Assembly (NCBI RefSeq): GCF_004010195.1
Contig: NC_057714.1
Coordinates: 24,361,097 to 24,425,096 of the forward strand
DNA: 64,000 nt
From: Chiloscyllium plagiosum
Taxonomy: Eukaryota
Reading direction: 5' to 3'
A program made the translations under genes and the position numbers. Positions 23,004 through 33,955 of the stretch are shown one piece after another. The notes beneath the pieces were generated by a model. It saw only the letters and a list, made by a program, of their open reading frames with translations, had not been told where the DNA came from and ran no database searches. Every line of letters starts with the position of its first letter. Within the stretch, counting starts at the first letter, position 1.

Positions 23004-24744
23004 ATTTTATAAATTTCTAGTCCTGGTGACAGCCTGAACGAACCTTTCTGCTAAAGCCTGTCCCGCTGAAATGGAGACACTCCTTCCCACTGTTTCAGCT
23101 ACGCATTGATCTTTCTAGTCGCTTTCAATTCGCAAGTGGCTCAGGTCCCATCTGCTTTGTTCAGTTCGTTCTGAACATCTGCTATTTCTTAGTCAGAAAT
23201 AATATTTCTCCTAAATCATTGGTTGCAAATGGAATTGGGCCTCGCCTTCCCTAGTCCCCCACTACCCACCATTTGCTGGAAGCTTTCTTTTAAGGTATCT
23301 TTAGAACTGGGCTAACAGCTGTGACTGCAGACAACGCTGCCTGTCCCTGTAATACTTGAGTCCCCAGTGAACATAATTTTCTGTTGTCTTTCACCGTCTT
23401 TCTCTCTCCCCTCCTCAGCTACTGTCACCTGCTGAGTATTCTGGCTGTTCCTGTTATATTTAAAAAAACAATAGAACTGGTGAAGACAAGATTGAACAGG
23501 CTGTAATTCTGAAAGAAACCGGGAAATGCTGGAAATGAATAGCAGGTCTCTCGGCGTCATTAAAACTAGACAGGTTCATTGGCCTTGGTCTGTAATCTTC
23601 CCAATAACTACCAGAAGTGTTTAAACGTCAATGAACTGCCTTTCCCTTTCGAGGTGTAGATGGATCTGCTGTCCATTTCGATTAGATTTTCCGGTTAATC
23701 TAAAACATTTGTCTACGACCGGAAAAAAAAGCTGTTACTGGCAAAAAGAAAAACTGATGTTAAAAACGCATACGTGCTTCTGTCAATTAGTTCTGGATAA
23801 GAGCAAAAATAAATGAATTTTTTTTTTGTCTCATACCTCAATTAGTGTTTTAGTGCAGAAACGTTTGTGTGTGAAAAGCCACTTTCTTTTCATCACGAAT
23901 TCATCTTTTGTTGCTTTTCGTGTACCACGAGTTCACGTGAGCATTGGCAGATAATAATTAGTCTCGGCAGGGAGTTTCTTTTAAGATATAATGGCTATTT
24001 TGCAATCTTTTCTTTGAAACCATTTACAAAGCAATTGGAGGATTTGATTCCCACATAGGGGTGGTAGTTGGCCTTCAATAATCATTCTGCGCTGCAGGAG
24101 ATTGCAATAGCTGTAGGTGATTACCATCAGCACAACGTTTAGCAAAGCCATGCAGCAATTTGGTAATATTGAAGTTCATAACGCATTCTTATCAACTTTT
24201 AATTTTCCTAATCCATTCTGCGGTGTCATTCCGAGGTATAAGTCAGTAATACGATCACTTTGGTTTTGCAGAATAATTTAACTACATGAGTAGTCTCGTT
24301 TGATTAAATTCGTAATAAAACTGTTTTTTTTACTTTTTACAGATTTCTTTGCCATTGTTTCCACGTGGCATTGGAGTGTCAGCAATTTCGGGTCCGTTCT
24401 GAGATAATTCAGAATCTGTCAGGAAACGAATTTGCAGTGGCACCCTGGGACGTGAGGAGTGGACCGAGAAACAGGAGTTGCATGTTTAGCCCTCCACCCC
24501 CAGTTCCATTAAACTGCCGCTGAATTGTAAGGAAATGCGCAGGCTGCACTTGCAATTCGACCCTGAAGGGAGCGTAAGACAGGGCGAGGTGTTGGTCCCC
24601 TCATTCTGGGAGCAATCCTGGAGGATGCAAAACTGGATCTCTGCCTGATGTACAGAAGTTACCAGATTCCTGAAGGTGGCTTCCTGGGCATTTCTGGCAT
24701 TCACTACAGAGTTGTACTGAGCTAATTTAGGGTTATACTGACCT

Positions 24745-24862
24745 CCTTTCCTGAGGAACGGTCCCTCGACTCTAAAGGTTAACTCTGATTTCTCTCCACA
24801 GATGCTGCTAGATCTGTTGAGCTTTTCATGCGCTTTCTCCTTTTGTTTCTGCAGTTCTTACG
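24745..24862 (+). mobile_element. Older PLE-terminus family copy (decayed hammerhead-like head)
   Basis: ctgaggaacggtc...aaaggttaactctgatttctctccacagatgctgc. Related copies at 24982-25095(-), 33845-33955(+) and 36610-36722(+). Confidence 0.6.
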
Positions 24863-24981
24863 GTTGCTATCGAAGAGGAGGGTAGATGAAGGGTGAAAAA
24901 CAGGGGCAGTGGTCACAGGATTTGCAGTTTGTACGTCACGTCAGATAGCCACGAGTGAAATGGGACTTGGAAAGGTACATC

Positions 24982-25095
24982 CAAATGAAACCAAACGACT
25001 GTGGGTGCTGGAGCTCTGAAATAAAAAGAGAAAGTGGTGGAGAAATTCATCAGGTCTGGCAGCGTCTGTGAAGAGAGAAACAGAATTAACATTCG
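24982..25095 (-). mobile_element. Older PLE-terminus family copy
   Basis: tgctggagctctgaaataaaaagagaaag...caggtctggcagcgtctgtg...cagaattaacatt. Confidence 0.65.
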
Positions 25096-25408
25096 CAATC
25101 AAGAGACATATTGATGTCCAGGACTTCCTGTTTTAATTTGAGGAGGCGTCAATCTATTGTTGATGGAATCGGTACAATGCCCTCAGGGACTGCCGTCACT
25201 TATAATGCATGGCACCATTGTCTCCAAAGAGCTCAGTGCCCCCCACCCCAGATATCTGCTGTTCTCCACACCTCTGACCTTTGAGAGAGAGAGAGGAAGA
25301 GAGCATGTTGCATTGTTTGGGTGATGTGTCTGCCATAGTAAGATAGCTGAAGGTATGTGGAAGTTGTGAGAGCTGGAAGCATTGGTGAATTTGTGAGGGT
25401 TGAGGCAG

Positions 25409-25463
25409 TTGAAACTTTATTGCTGGAACAGCACAGCAGGTCAGGCAGCATCCAGGGAACAGG
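25409..25463 (-). mobile_element. 55-bp PLE pseudo-LTR fragment between 41-bp direct repeats
   Basis: tgctggaacagcacagcaggtcaggcagcatccagggaacagg. The flanks 25368-25408 and 25464-25504 are identical. Confidence 0.85.
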
Positions 25464-26489
25464 GAGAGCTGGAAGCATTGGTGAATTTGTGAGGGTTGAG
25501 GCAGAGCACCTGAATGTTAGGCCTGAGTTCTGATCATTTACTGGTGATAGATAGCATTGTGGTACACTGAACAATGTGAGAAGCTGATAGGCATGAGAAG
25601 GAGCCTACAACTTGGAATGATGTGAACTGGTCCAAAATCTTGTATACCTGAAAAGAGAACTTTAGTTTGGACGAGAATAGTCAGTTTCATGGTATTTCCC
25701 TCTTGTTCTTTCAAGATGCATTCACCTATCAGCGGTGTGAAGTCATTCAGTAATTATTGACCTGGGAGAAGGCTGATAAATGTGCACACAGCAATGCCTG
25801 GGCAGCCCTGCCACAGAGCTGCTGTCTCTACCAAGGAAGACAGAGGAGCCAGTCTCAAACCTGGCACGAGCCCTCAGGCAGAACTGAGACCCCATCCTTT
25901 CCAGCATGGAAATGGTGATTAACTTTACCTCAGCACTTGCAGGTTCAAGGATTCCATTGCAACATAGGTAGAAACTGAAGTGGAAGCTCATCTGATATCA
26001 TGAGCTTGAATCTTGCTGGTGTGCAGGGTCAGATTGCTGCCATTGTTTCAGTGCTTGAAGTGAAATCTAGTGGTCTTGTTATTGCTTTCCCATTGGCCAA
26101 CCCAAACTACTTTCACCCACGTTGCAGTCCAAACCCAGACCCTTAAAACCAATAATTGCTTGAGATCTTTCTGCGAGACTGTCTGCAGTCTCCACTGAAA
26201 CCATGCAGTGGTCATTCATGTGGCACTGCAGAGGAGATGTACAGACGGGCAAAGGCATTACAAGATAATCACTAAGGGATTGCATATTGTAAGTGGTGTT
26301 GGATAAAATTATGGAGTTTTTTGGTGATTTCTTTCATTTTAGAGTTTGGTCAAGAAGACATTGTGATGGTCAGAACAGAGATTGAAGGGTGAAGAAATGT
26401 GTTGCAATGTTGATGTGGAGACAAGATTACAGCAGGATTGGAGTTTGAGTAACTGGTCATAGGCAGCCCAGTTGGAGGTCTTTTTTCTC

Positions 26490-27110
26490 TCTCATTCTCC
26501 TCATCTGCTTCAACCCTGTACTCCTATTCTTCCTCCAACCAAGGTGCCCTTTAAAGTCCTAGTGGCATGAGCTGGGCCCTCATAAGACACATATTATAGA
26601 GGATGACGTGCAGGACCACAAACCTGGAGACTGGTTTATGGTCCTGCACCTCCAACTGGGCTGCCTATGATCAGCTACTCAAACTCCAATCCTGCTGTAA
26701 TCTAGTCTCCATGTCAACATTGCTACACATTTCTCCACCCTTCAATCTCTGTTCTGTCCCTCACATGTGGCAAGTACTGTAAAGCTCCCTTCACTGAGCA
26801 GTCTAGGCAATGGAGCCACTGCTGGAGGATGACAATCACAGCATGCCTCCATTGTCGGCCTACTATCCATGTGTGGTTGGAATGGAAAGCAGCCATGAGT
26901 TAGGTGTACAGGAGGGGACCCTTGTTACCCAAACAATCAGTCTTTTGTTCATCATGTGACTCAAAGCTGGTGGGTGTTGCTGACTGGCAAGATAAATGTG
27001 GTGTGGTTATTTTCAAAATAGTGTCCATTCACTAACATGATCTTCTATGAAGGTACTTGAGAACACAACTCTTGTGATCACAATATGAGGTGTCTTTGAT
27101 CCTTTGTGGA
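26490..27110 (-). pseudogene. PIF/Harbinger transposase relic
   Basis: Collinear minus-strand motifs KIMLVNGHYFENNHTTFIL (cf. V.A.YPGS.HD.FIL), LGNKGPLLYT*LM (LGDKGYPL..WLM), CLDCSVKGALQYLP (CLDRSGGALQY.P) and SRFVVLHVILYNMCLMR (..C.LHN). Confidence 0.75.
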
Positions 27111-27199
27111 TATGGCCTTCTATTGGAAGCCTTCTTCTTCCTCCTCCTCTGGCAATGTATGACTTCCCCCTCCCTGGTGCCCATATTGACGCTGCCCAG

Positions 27200-27545
27200 T
27201 TTTGTTGCTTTATTTAGACTTTGGAGTAGTTTGATACAACTGAGTGGCTTGCTCAGCTATTTCAGAGGGCATTTAAAGTCAACATTTTTGTGTGTCTAAA
27301 GTCACATGTAGACTAGACCAGGTAAGAATGGCAGATTTCCTTCCCAATAGGACATGAATATATCAGATGGATGTTTATGAAAATTAACAATGGTTATATG
27401 GTCATCTATAGGCTAGCTTTTTAAAATTCCAGGTATTCATTTAATTCAAATTTTACCATCCAATTCAAACGTTTGTCCCCAGGACATTAGCCTGTGTTCT
27501 GAATTAATAGTGTGGTGCCTTTACCATTATGCCACTGCCTCTTGC
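27200..27545 (-). mobile_element. Ancient shark SINE-like repeat
   Basis: gtcacatgtagactagaccaggtaagaatggcagatttccttccc...taccattatgccactgcctc. Confidence 0.65.
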
Positions 27546-27669
27546 CAGTTAATAGCTAGATGCATGATATCGGACTTACTTGATAGCCTCTTGTGAGACC
27601 TCAGGTTAGGTCTAAGAGTAAAGGGAAGCGATGGCCCACGATAATTGTAACTGGGCTAGTATTCCATGG

Positions 27670-27820
27670 AAAAAAAGAGGACTTCAGATGCTGGAGATCA
27701 GAATCAAAAACTGTGGTGCTGGAATATTCCTGATGAAGGGTTATACCCAAAACATTAATTCTCCTGCTCCTCAGATGCTGCCAGGCCTGCTGTGCTGTTC
27801 CAGAGCCACACTTTTCGACT
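27670..27820. mobile_element. Older PLE fold-back inserted in a SINE-like repeat (27630-28080)
   Basis: The left arm is the inverted tail. The right arm starts attcctgatgaagggttataccc. Degenerate TSD ctagtattccatgg / ctagcaatccaggg. Confidence 0.8.
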
Positions 27821-28588
27821 AGCAATCCAGGGTCCCAGCTGATTTTCAACGAAAATGTGGAATTAAAAATCTGGCTGAATGGTGAAAGTTAACCACTGTT
27901 GATTGTTGTAAAAAACCCATCTGATTCACCTGTGTCCTACAAGGAAGGAAATCTGCTGCCTTACCAGATCTGGTCTACATGAGACTCCAGACCCACGGCA
28001 ATCTTAACTGCCGTCCATGTAACTGGGGATGGGCAAATATGCTGGCCTAGCCAAAAATGCCAATGTGCCATGAATCAAAAACTGTTTTGCTGCACGAAAG
28101 TTAACACTTCGAAACCTGATACACGACTGGTTAGCTTTAGGCAGGAGGTTATTTACATCTTGATGGGTAATACAGACTATCTTGTGATATCAGTTAACCC
28201 TTTCAGGTACTAACTGTCTTATGTATCGATACCTTTAGCACCAGTAGAGATAGTTCCCAGTGTTACTGAATGCATGTTCAGCTGGATTGTGTAAGACAGA
28301 GCAAGAACAAGACACATCCAAATTGGTGTTAAAACATTGTTTGATGCCTCAATTTTCCCAGTCTGCCACGTTAGTGGCCCACATTTGACACATCTGCCCA
28401 ACACCATGACAATCATGGCAGCCATACCAGAAATGGCTGGCAGCAGCCAGGCCAATATCCCAGGATTTCCCGGCTGATGGAGTTGAATGTTGTGGCCTCA
28501 GAGGTCAGGTCATGACATTTACAGAAAATGTGATGGTGCAGAGCAGACTGGGGTTTCAGTCAAGTCTGATCAGCATTGCATGGTATAG

Positions 28589-28680
28589 AATTCTGGATTA
28601 GTGGTGCTGGAAGAGCACAGCAGTTCAGGCAGCATCAGAGGAGCAGTAAAATCGACGTTTCGGGCAAAAGTCCTTCATCA
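28589..28680 (-). mobile_element. PLE pseudo-LTR monomer with 10-bp TSD
   Basis: TSD catggtatag at 28579-28588 and 28679-28688. The reverse complement begins tgatgaaggacttttgcccgaaacgtc. Confidence 0.85.
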
Positions 28681-30304
28681 TGGTATAGGCAATGTAATTA
28701 GCGCTTCCAAAGAGGGTTGTTGGAGGTCACTATTAGAAATGAAGTTTTTTTATTATCAACTTTAATCAGAAGATTGGAAGAACATGAATGAGCTGCTGTC
28801 AGCCTTTGTCAAATCGCCCACACATTCTCCTTACCCATCGCTGCCAGTGATGCTGCCAATCCAAATCAGATCCAGCCTGGAGACACTGGCAACTCATCAC
28901 TATTACTACGACGAGGTTTGAAACTAAATTTCTGAGCCTCAAGTCTACGATAGGGAAATGCCTTTGGGCGAGATATTAAGCTGAGGCCCTGTCTTCCAAC
29001 CCAGGTGACATAAATGATCCCAGGGCACTAGTTGAAGAAGAGTAGGAAAATTCTACTCCTATCCTGGCCAATATTTTTCCTCAAGCAGCATCACTAACAC
29101 ACATTATCTGGTGAAATGAGTCATCGGTGTACTCAATCACTGAACAAATTTGTCTTATCTTTCAGCCTGCAAATACTTGAGTGAAAACCAAAGTATTGTA
29201 CTTTCCAATAACTTGGCCATCCAAGTTATCTCTATGAAACAAATAAAACTTCAGTATGTGAATTTTAAATGAACCATATTGAGAATATAAGGAAAACCTT
29301 TGAAAGAATTTCCAAACTTTTCTTTTGATAACCAGAAAATAATTGCTTGCCATTTTTACTATCAGTCTGTATGAGTGACCACATTGTCATGAAATTTATG
29401 GATTATTTCTTGGTTAATAATTGAACTTTGTATTTATTATTTCCTAGACAAATGAGAGAATCAAAATAAAATAGATGAATGGCCAGTCTATTCCCCATAA
29501 TCAGCAAAATTATTTCTGACAGATAACCAATACCAAGAAATACAGATCTGAAAATCAAGGTCTGTGAAATTCCACTGATTAATTACATACTAGATTTTTT
29601 TTGTCATGGTTGAATGGAACAGGACTTGTTGATTTTGTGCTGTTACAATGATTAGTGGTCTTATGTAAGACATTCTATTTAAACATGTAAATGTGTTTAT
29701 ACTAATATCTTGAAAAGTGCTCAACCATGAAAGTAGTTTCAGAAGGTAAGTGTTCGCAATGCTGCAGTCAAATAAGCTAATTTAAGATGTATTAGGTGAA
29801 CCCTAAGTGTAAATAAATGACATCCTCTGCATTTCTTTCTACTTGTGGTTTTAATTCAACTTAGCTTCCTTAGTTTGATGTGAGACAGAATCAGCAAAGT
29901 GTGTTATTTGGTTAATGCTGCCTTGGCCCTTATTGGTGATAATTTACATTTATTATCTTTACTACAGCAGTATTTGTCAAATTTGGCCCTGATGTTTTGC
30001 AGAATGCTTGTTTTAGGGTAAACATAAATTATTGTCTACTTTGAAGCATTAAACTTTCATTCAATACAGTATAAAAAGGGAGAAGAGAATGAACAAGGAT
30101 AAAATGCTGATCATATTTTTCTTAATTTATTTTTACTGTTGTCAAAAAGAAGTATTGGCAGAGCCTTTCATCAGAACAATTTGCAAGAAGTACCAACATA
30201 GAGGGAAGAGAACACTTATACTGTATGAGACGGGAGTGCTGATTGGTTTGCAAGCAGACTGTGATTGGTAGAATATTGCCATGGAGAATGTACTAGTTAC
30301 ATTC

Positions 30305-30540
30305 ACCTTTGGAATGAGAAAAGGAATTTCTTCAACCAGGGAGTGGTGAGTCTGTGGAACTCATTTCCACACGGCTGTAGTAGCTAAATCATTGAGTATA
30401 TTTAAGATAGGTTCTTGATTAGTAGGGGATCAAAGGTTATGGGAGAAAGCAAGAGAATGGGTTTGAGAAACATAACAGCTGTGATCAATTGGAGGAGCAG
30501 ACTAGGCTGATAAGCCTAATTGTGTTCTATAACGTATGGC
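30305..30540 (+). mobile_element. CR1 3' fragment
   Basis: aatttcttcaaccagggagtggtgagtctgtggaactc...ggggatcaaaggttatggg. Confidence 0.8.
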
Positions 30541-30933
30541 TAAATGAACAGTCACATGAGCTCCTCTTCCTTGACAGTCTGGTGGAAAAATTGGCAAGGA
30601 GCTTCTCTGTGCCAAATCTACCTTTTCTGTTCGATATGCACTTTGGGATTCCTAGTCTTAAGACTTACATTGTTTAAAGCCCGCCTGTAGTTCTAGAAGA
30701 AGAGCTTATGGAAGTTAATCGAAAACAGCATCCTCCAGACATTGGCACATGGAGGCCCCTGACGAGGACATCAGTGGGATATCTCTACATAGTTGTCCGG
30801 ATTCAGATGTCTTGCTCAAACTCCTTGGAACACATACTATAGCAGTGTGGCAGCAACAGAGAGAGAATCCCCCTCCGCCGCCTCCCAGTCCCAACAACAG
30901 CATTGCATGATGGTTGATGATGCAGACATCTTA

Positions 30934-31202
30934 CAGAATCCCTACAGTGTGGAAGCTGACCATTCGGTATGTTGAGTTCACATTGACCACCTGAAGAGCA
31001 TCCAACCCAGACTTATCCTGCATCCCCCGTAACCCTACATTTCCCATGGCTAATTCACCCACCCTGCACATCTTTGGACTGTGGAAGGAAACCCATGCAG
31101 ACACAGGGAGAATGTAAAACCTCCACGTAGATAGTTGCCTGAGGCGAGAATCGAACCCGGGTCCCTGGCACTGAGGCAGCAGTGCTAACCACTGTGCCAT
31201 CC
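30934..31202 (-). mobile_element. HE1-like SINE
   Basis: gaatcgaacccgggtccctggcactgaggcagcagtgctaaccactgtgcc. Confidence 0.9.
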
Positions 31203-32203
31203 AACTTATTGTCCAAGGTGTGAAGTAAGCTGCTCCTTGTTCAGGCTATGGGACTTTGAAACATGATTGGAGCTTTGGCAACTAGGGCTAATCTTTCCAC
31301 TCTCCACAACATTGCTTCTGCCTTGCAGCCTTTAGTAGGATTGATATATAATGTTGAATGATATTATAAAGATTGCCTGAGGTCAGGATGTTAAGTCGAC
31401 AGGTAGGTCAAGATGTGAGGTCCACATACAGTATATTTTAATACAAATGTCCTTCACCTGTACTGTGAGAGTATCTGTTTAATGCTGTTACCCTTCAAAG
31501 GGCCTAACAGTGCACAAAAGTGAAGCCTTATCCTCAGAGAATAAAACACTTACTCAGCCACAGATCACATTTTGTGGAGTGAGTCACAGGCTTAGCTTCT
31601 CAGTCCAGCTGACACCATAAACCTGCATGTTCCTTTCTGGCTTGCCATCTCTGTCAACCTCCACCTGCTTTGATCTTCCACACAATCCCACCCAACCTGC
31701 ACATTGCCCATGGCTGACCATGTCCAAGCCCTGGACTGATATTAGAGACTGATGGAGGAAGGCAGGTCACCACCACTTTCTCAACGGCAAGTAGGATGGG
31801 CAATAAATGCTGGTCAGCCAAAGATGTCTACTTCCCACAAGTGAATATAAAAAATGGCTCCCTACTCTGTTAGAAGCTACTCTCCTTAGACCTTGCATCA
31901 GTACCATTTGATTGAAGCACATGTGGTGTGTCAGTCACATCAGCTGCTGACAAATGGTGTAGCTGTAACACTGACGTAGTATAGTGCCATACAACATCAT
32001 GTTCACCCACTTGATTGATCATTGCTGACAACCATGACAAGCTATTTAGCTTTGCATCTGTGCTAAAAGGCAAGGCAAAACCAAGGTATTGTGACCCTGT
32101 AAATTCTGAATAAGATGCTATTGTCTTCGTCATTCATGGGCTGGGAAAAGTCACCGAGTAGCAGAATGGTGATTATCCTGAACTCTTCTGAGAAATAAGT
32201 CTA

Positions 32204-33031
32204 TGTCATCCAAAACTGAAATCAGTAGAAAAACAAGTAAAGGTTTTCAGACCTGGGCACAAAAGGGAGGCATCTGGTTGTTTTTGGACAAAGGGACACA
32301 AACACAGACATACACAGAGACAGAAATAGCTGCTGTTATGAAGAGCAGAGAAAAGGATGGCTTTTTTGTGTTACTCACCAAACTGCATGCTGGTGAGGAC
32401 TAGCTCTCTCTTCAAAGATGCAGGTTTTGTGATAACTTAAGGAATAAAGAACTACCAGTGTGGTCCTTGATGCTGGAAGTTAGTTTGGGGATACTCAGAA
32501 GCGGTGTGGAACAACTATTAAAGGACAGTGGGAGATGCAACCTGGTGACCGGGAGAAAGGTGCCTTAAGAAAATCTGGGAGGAGTTTAAACCTTAATCTT
32601 TAGGGATTACTTATCTCCTGTAAGTGTGATGTAAAGAAGTTATCATAAATATACTGGATGTGCTGGCTGATGTTTTTAAGTCAGTGCCTGTTAAGTCATG
32701 TCCTGAAGAAGGGCTTATGCCCGAAACGTCGATTCTCCTGTTCCTTGGATGCTGCCTGACCTGCTGCGCTTTTCCAGCAACACATTTTCAAGTCCTGTCT
32801 GATGTCAATTTTAGATTCCTTGTTCTTGTAAAAATGTCTTAAAACATGAAATCTTGCCCTTTGGTCTTTTATGTTGGTTGCTAGGAATATCACTTTTTTA
32901 AAACAAGCTATTGGTCTCTAAGGGTATTATGAGAGCTTCAGATCTCCTTCTTTTACCATTGGCTTCAAGTTTGGTTCCTGCAGGATGTCTGTAAGTTTGG
33001 GATTGGATCTGCCCAGCAACAAGTGATGACA
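32204..33031. mobile_element. Probable solo LTR (carries a PLE insertion)
   Basis: Termini TGTCATC...GATGACA form a 7-bp inverted TG..CA pair, and the block is noncoding. No matching TSD. Confidence 0.4.
32701..32790 (+). mobile_element. PLE pseudo-LTR monomer with intact hammerhead (32703-32730)
   Basis: ctgaagaagggcttatgcccgaaacgtc. TSD aagtcatgtc / aagtcctgtc (9 of 10 match). Confidence 0.88.
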
Positions 33032-33844
33032 TATTTCTAAGCTACAGTTAATTTGTCAAACATTGGTGAATGATTTTAGTCAGTTTCAGAATTCAGGAGA
33101 TTGTGGTTCAATGGCAATGGGAGTATCGACATATTTCTGAGATATAACTTTGGATAATTTAGATAGCGGAAAGACTGCACTCCTCAACACCTTAGATTTA
33201 AATGTCAATGTTAAGATGGTGCTCTCTTTTTTTTCCATCTGATAACAGGTCCTGTAGATGGTGTGCACAGCATCCTTATCCCCTACTATTGTCAGTAGCT
33301 TTCTCCTCTAGACACAATGCTGTGAAAATTGAAAGCTTCTGTCCTGAATACTTCAAGCAACCATATGTTTATTTTGCCATTCCTGCAAGCACTGCAGTAT
33401 CACTCATTCTTCAACTCACAGAATTATAATTTGGCCTCCATATTCGTAAGTGTTTCACTTCATTTCATTTATGCTTAATGTTTCCATCCTTTCTGTACAG
33501 CAACGTATGAAATTAATTTAGAAGCTGGTTTAAACCAAAATAAATATTCTTCTAAATAGTTCCTCTGCACATGCCTATCTGTGCATATTCCTTCATTATT
33601 ACTTGATAGAAATTCTAACTACTCTGTTGCAATGGCTCTCTGTCTTCGATGAATAATTTACCTGAGCTGGGATATGAATTTTAGAGCAGTCAGTGCACTT
33701 CTGTCCAGGACTGTTTTCATCATCAATGCATCACATTGATATGACGATGTGATTTTAGATTCACTGGGGAAATTTGAACACCAAGGTTAGGAACCAGTGG
33801 ATAGTTTAAACAGAGTTAACAATTTGGGAGACAAGTCATATTTG

Positions 33845-33955
33845 ATTTGAAACATTAACTCTGTTTCTGTCTCACACATGTTGCCAGACCTGCTGAATTT
33901 TTCCAGTGCTTTCTGTCTTTATTTCAGATCTCCAACATCAGTAGCACTTTGCTTC
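33845..33955 (+). mobile_element. Older PLE-terminus family copy
   Basis: gaaacattaactctgtttc...gccagacctgctgaatttttccag...ttcagatctccaacatc. Confidence 0.65.

Larger units (their letters stand above)
23030..25200. promoter_or_regulatory. CpG-retaining AT-rich island (candidate unmethylated regulatory region)
   Basis: CG dinucleotides are visibly far denser than in the flanks. CACGTG E-boxes at 23934-23939 and 24362-24367. Confidence 0.45.

Noticed and set aside
22296-23012. Hydrophobic ORFs resembling membrane proteins
   Set aside because: They arise from T-rich sequence, cross repeat boundaries and contain no recognisable domain.
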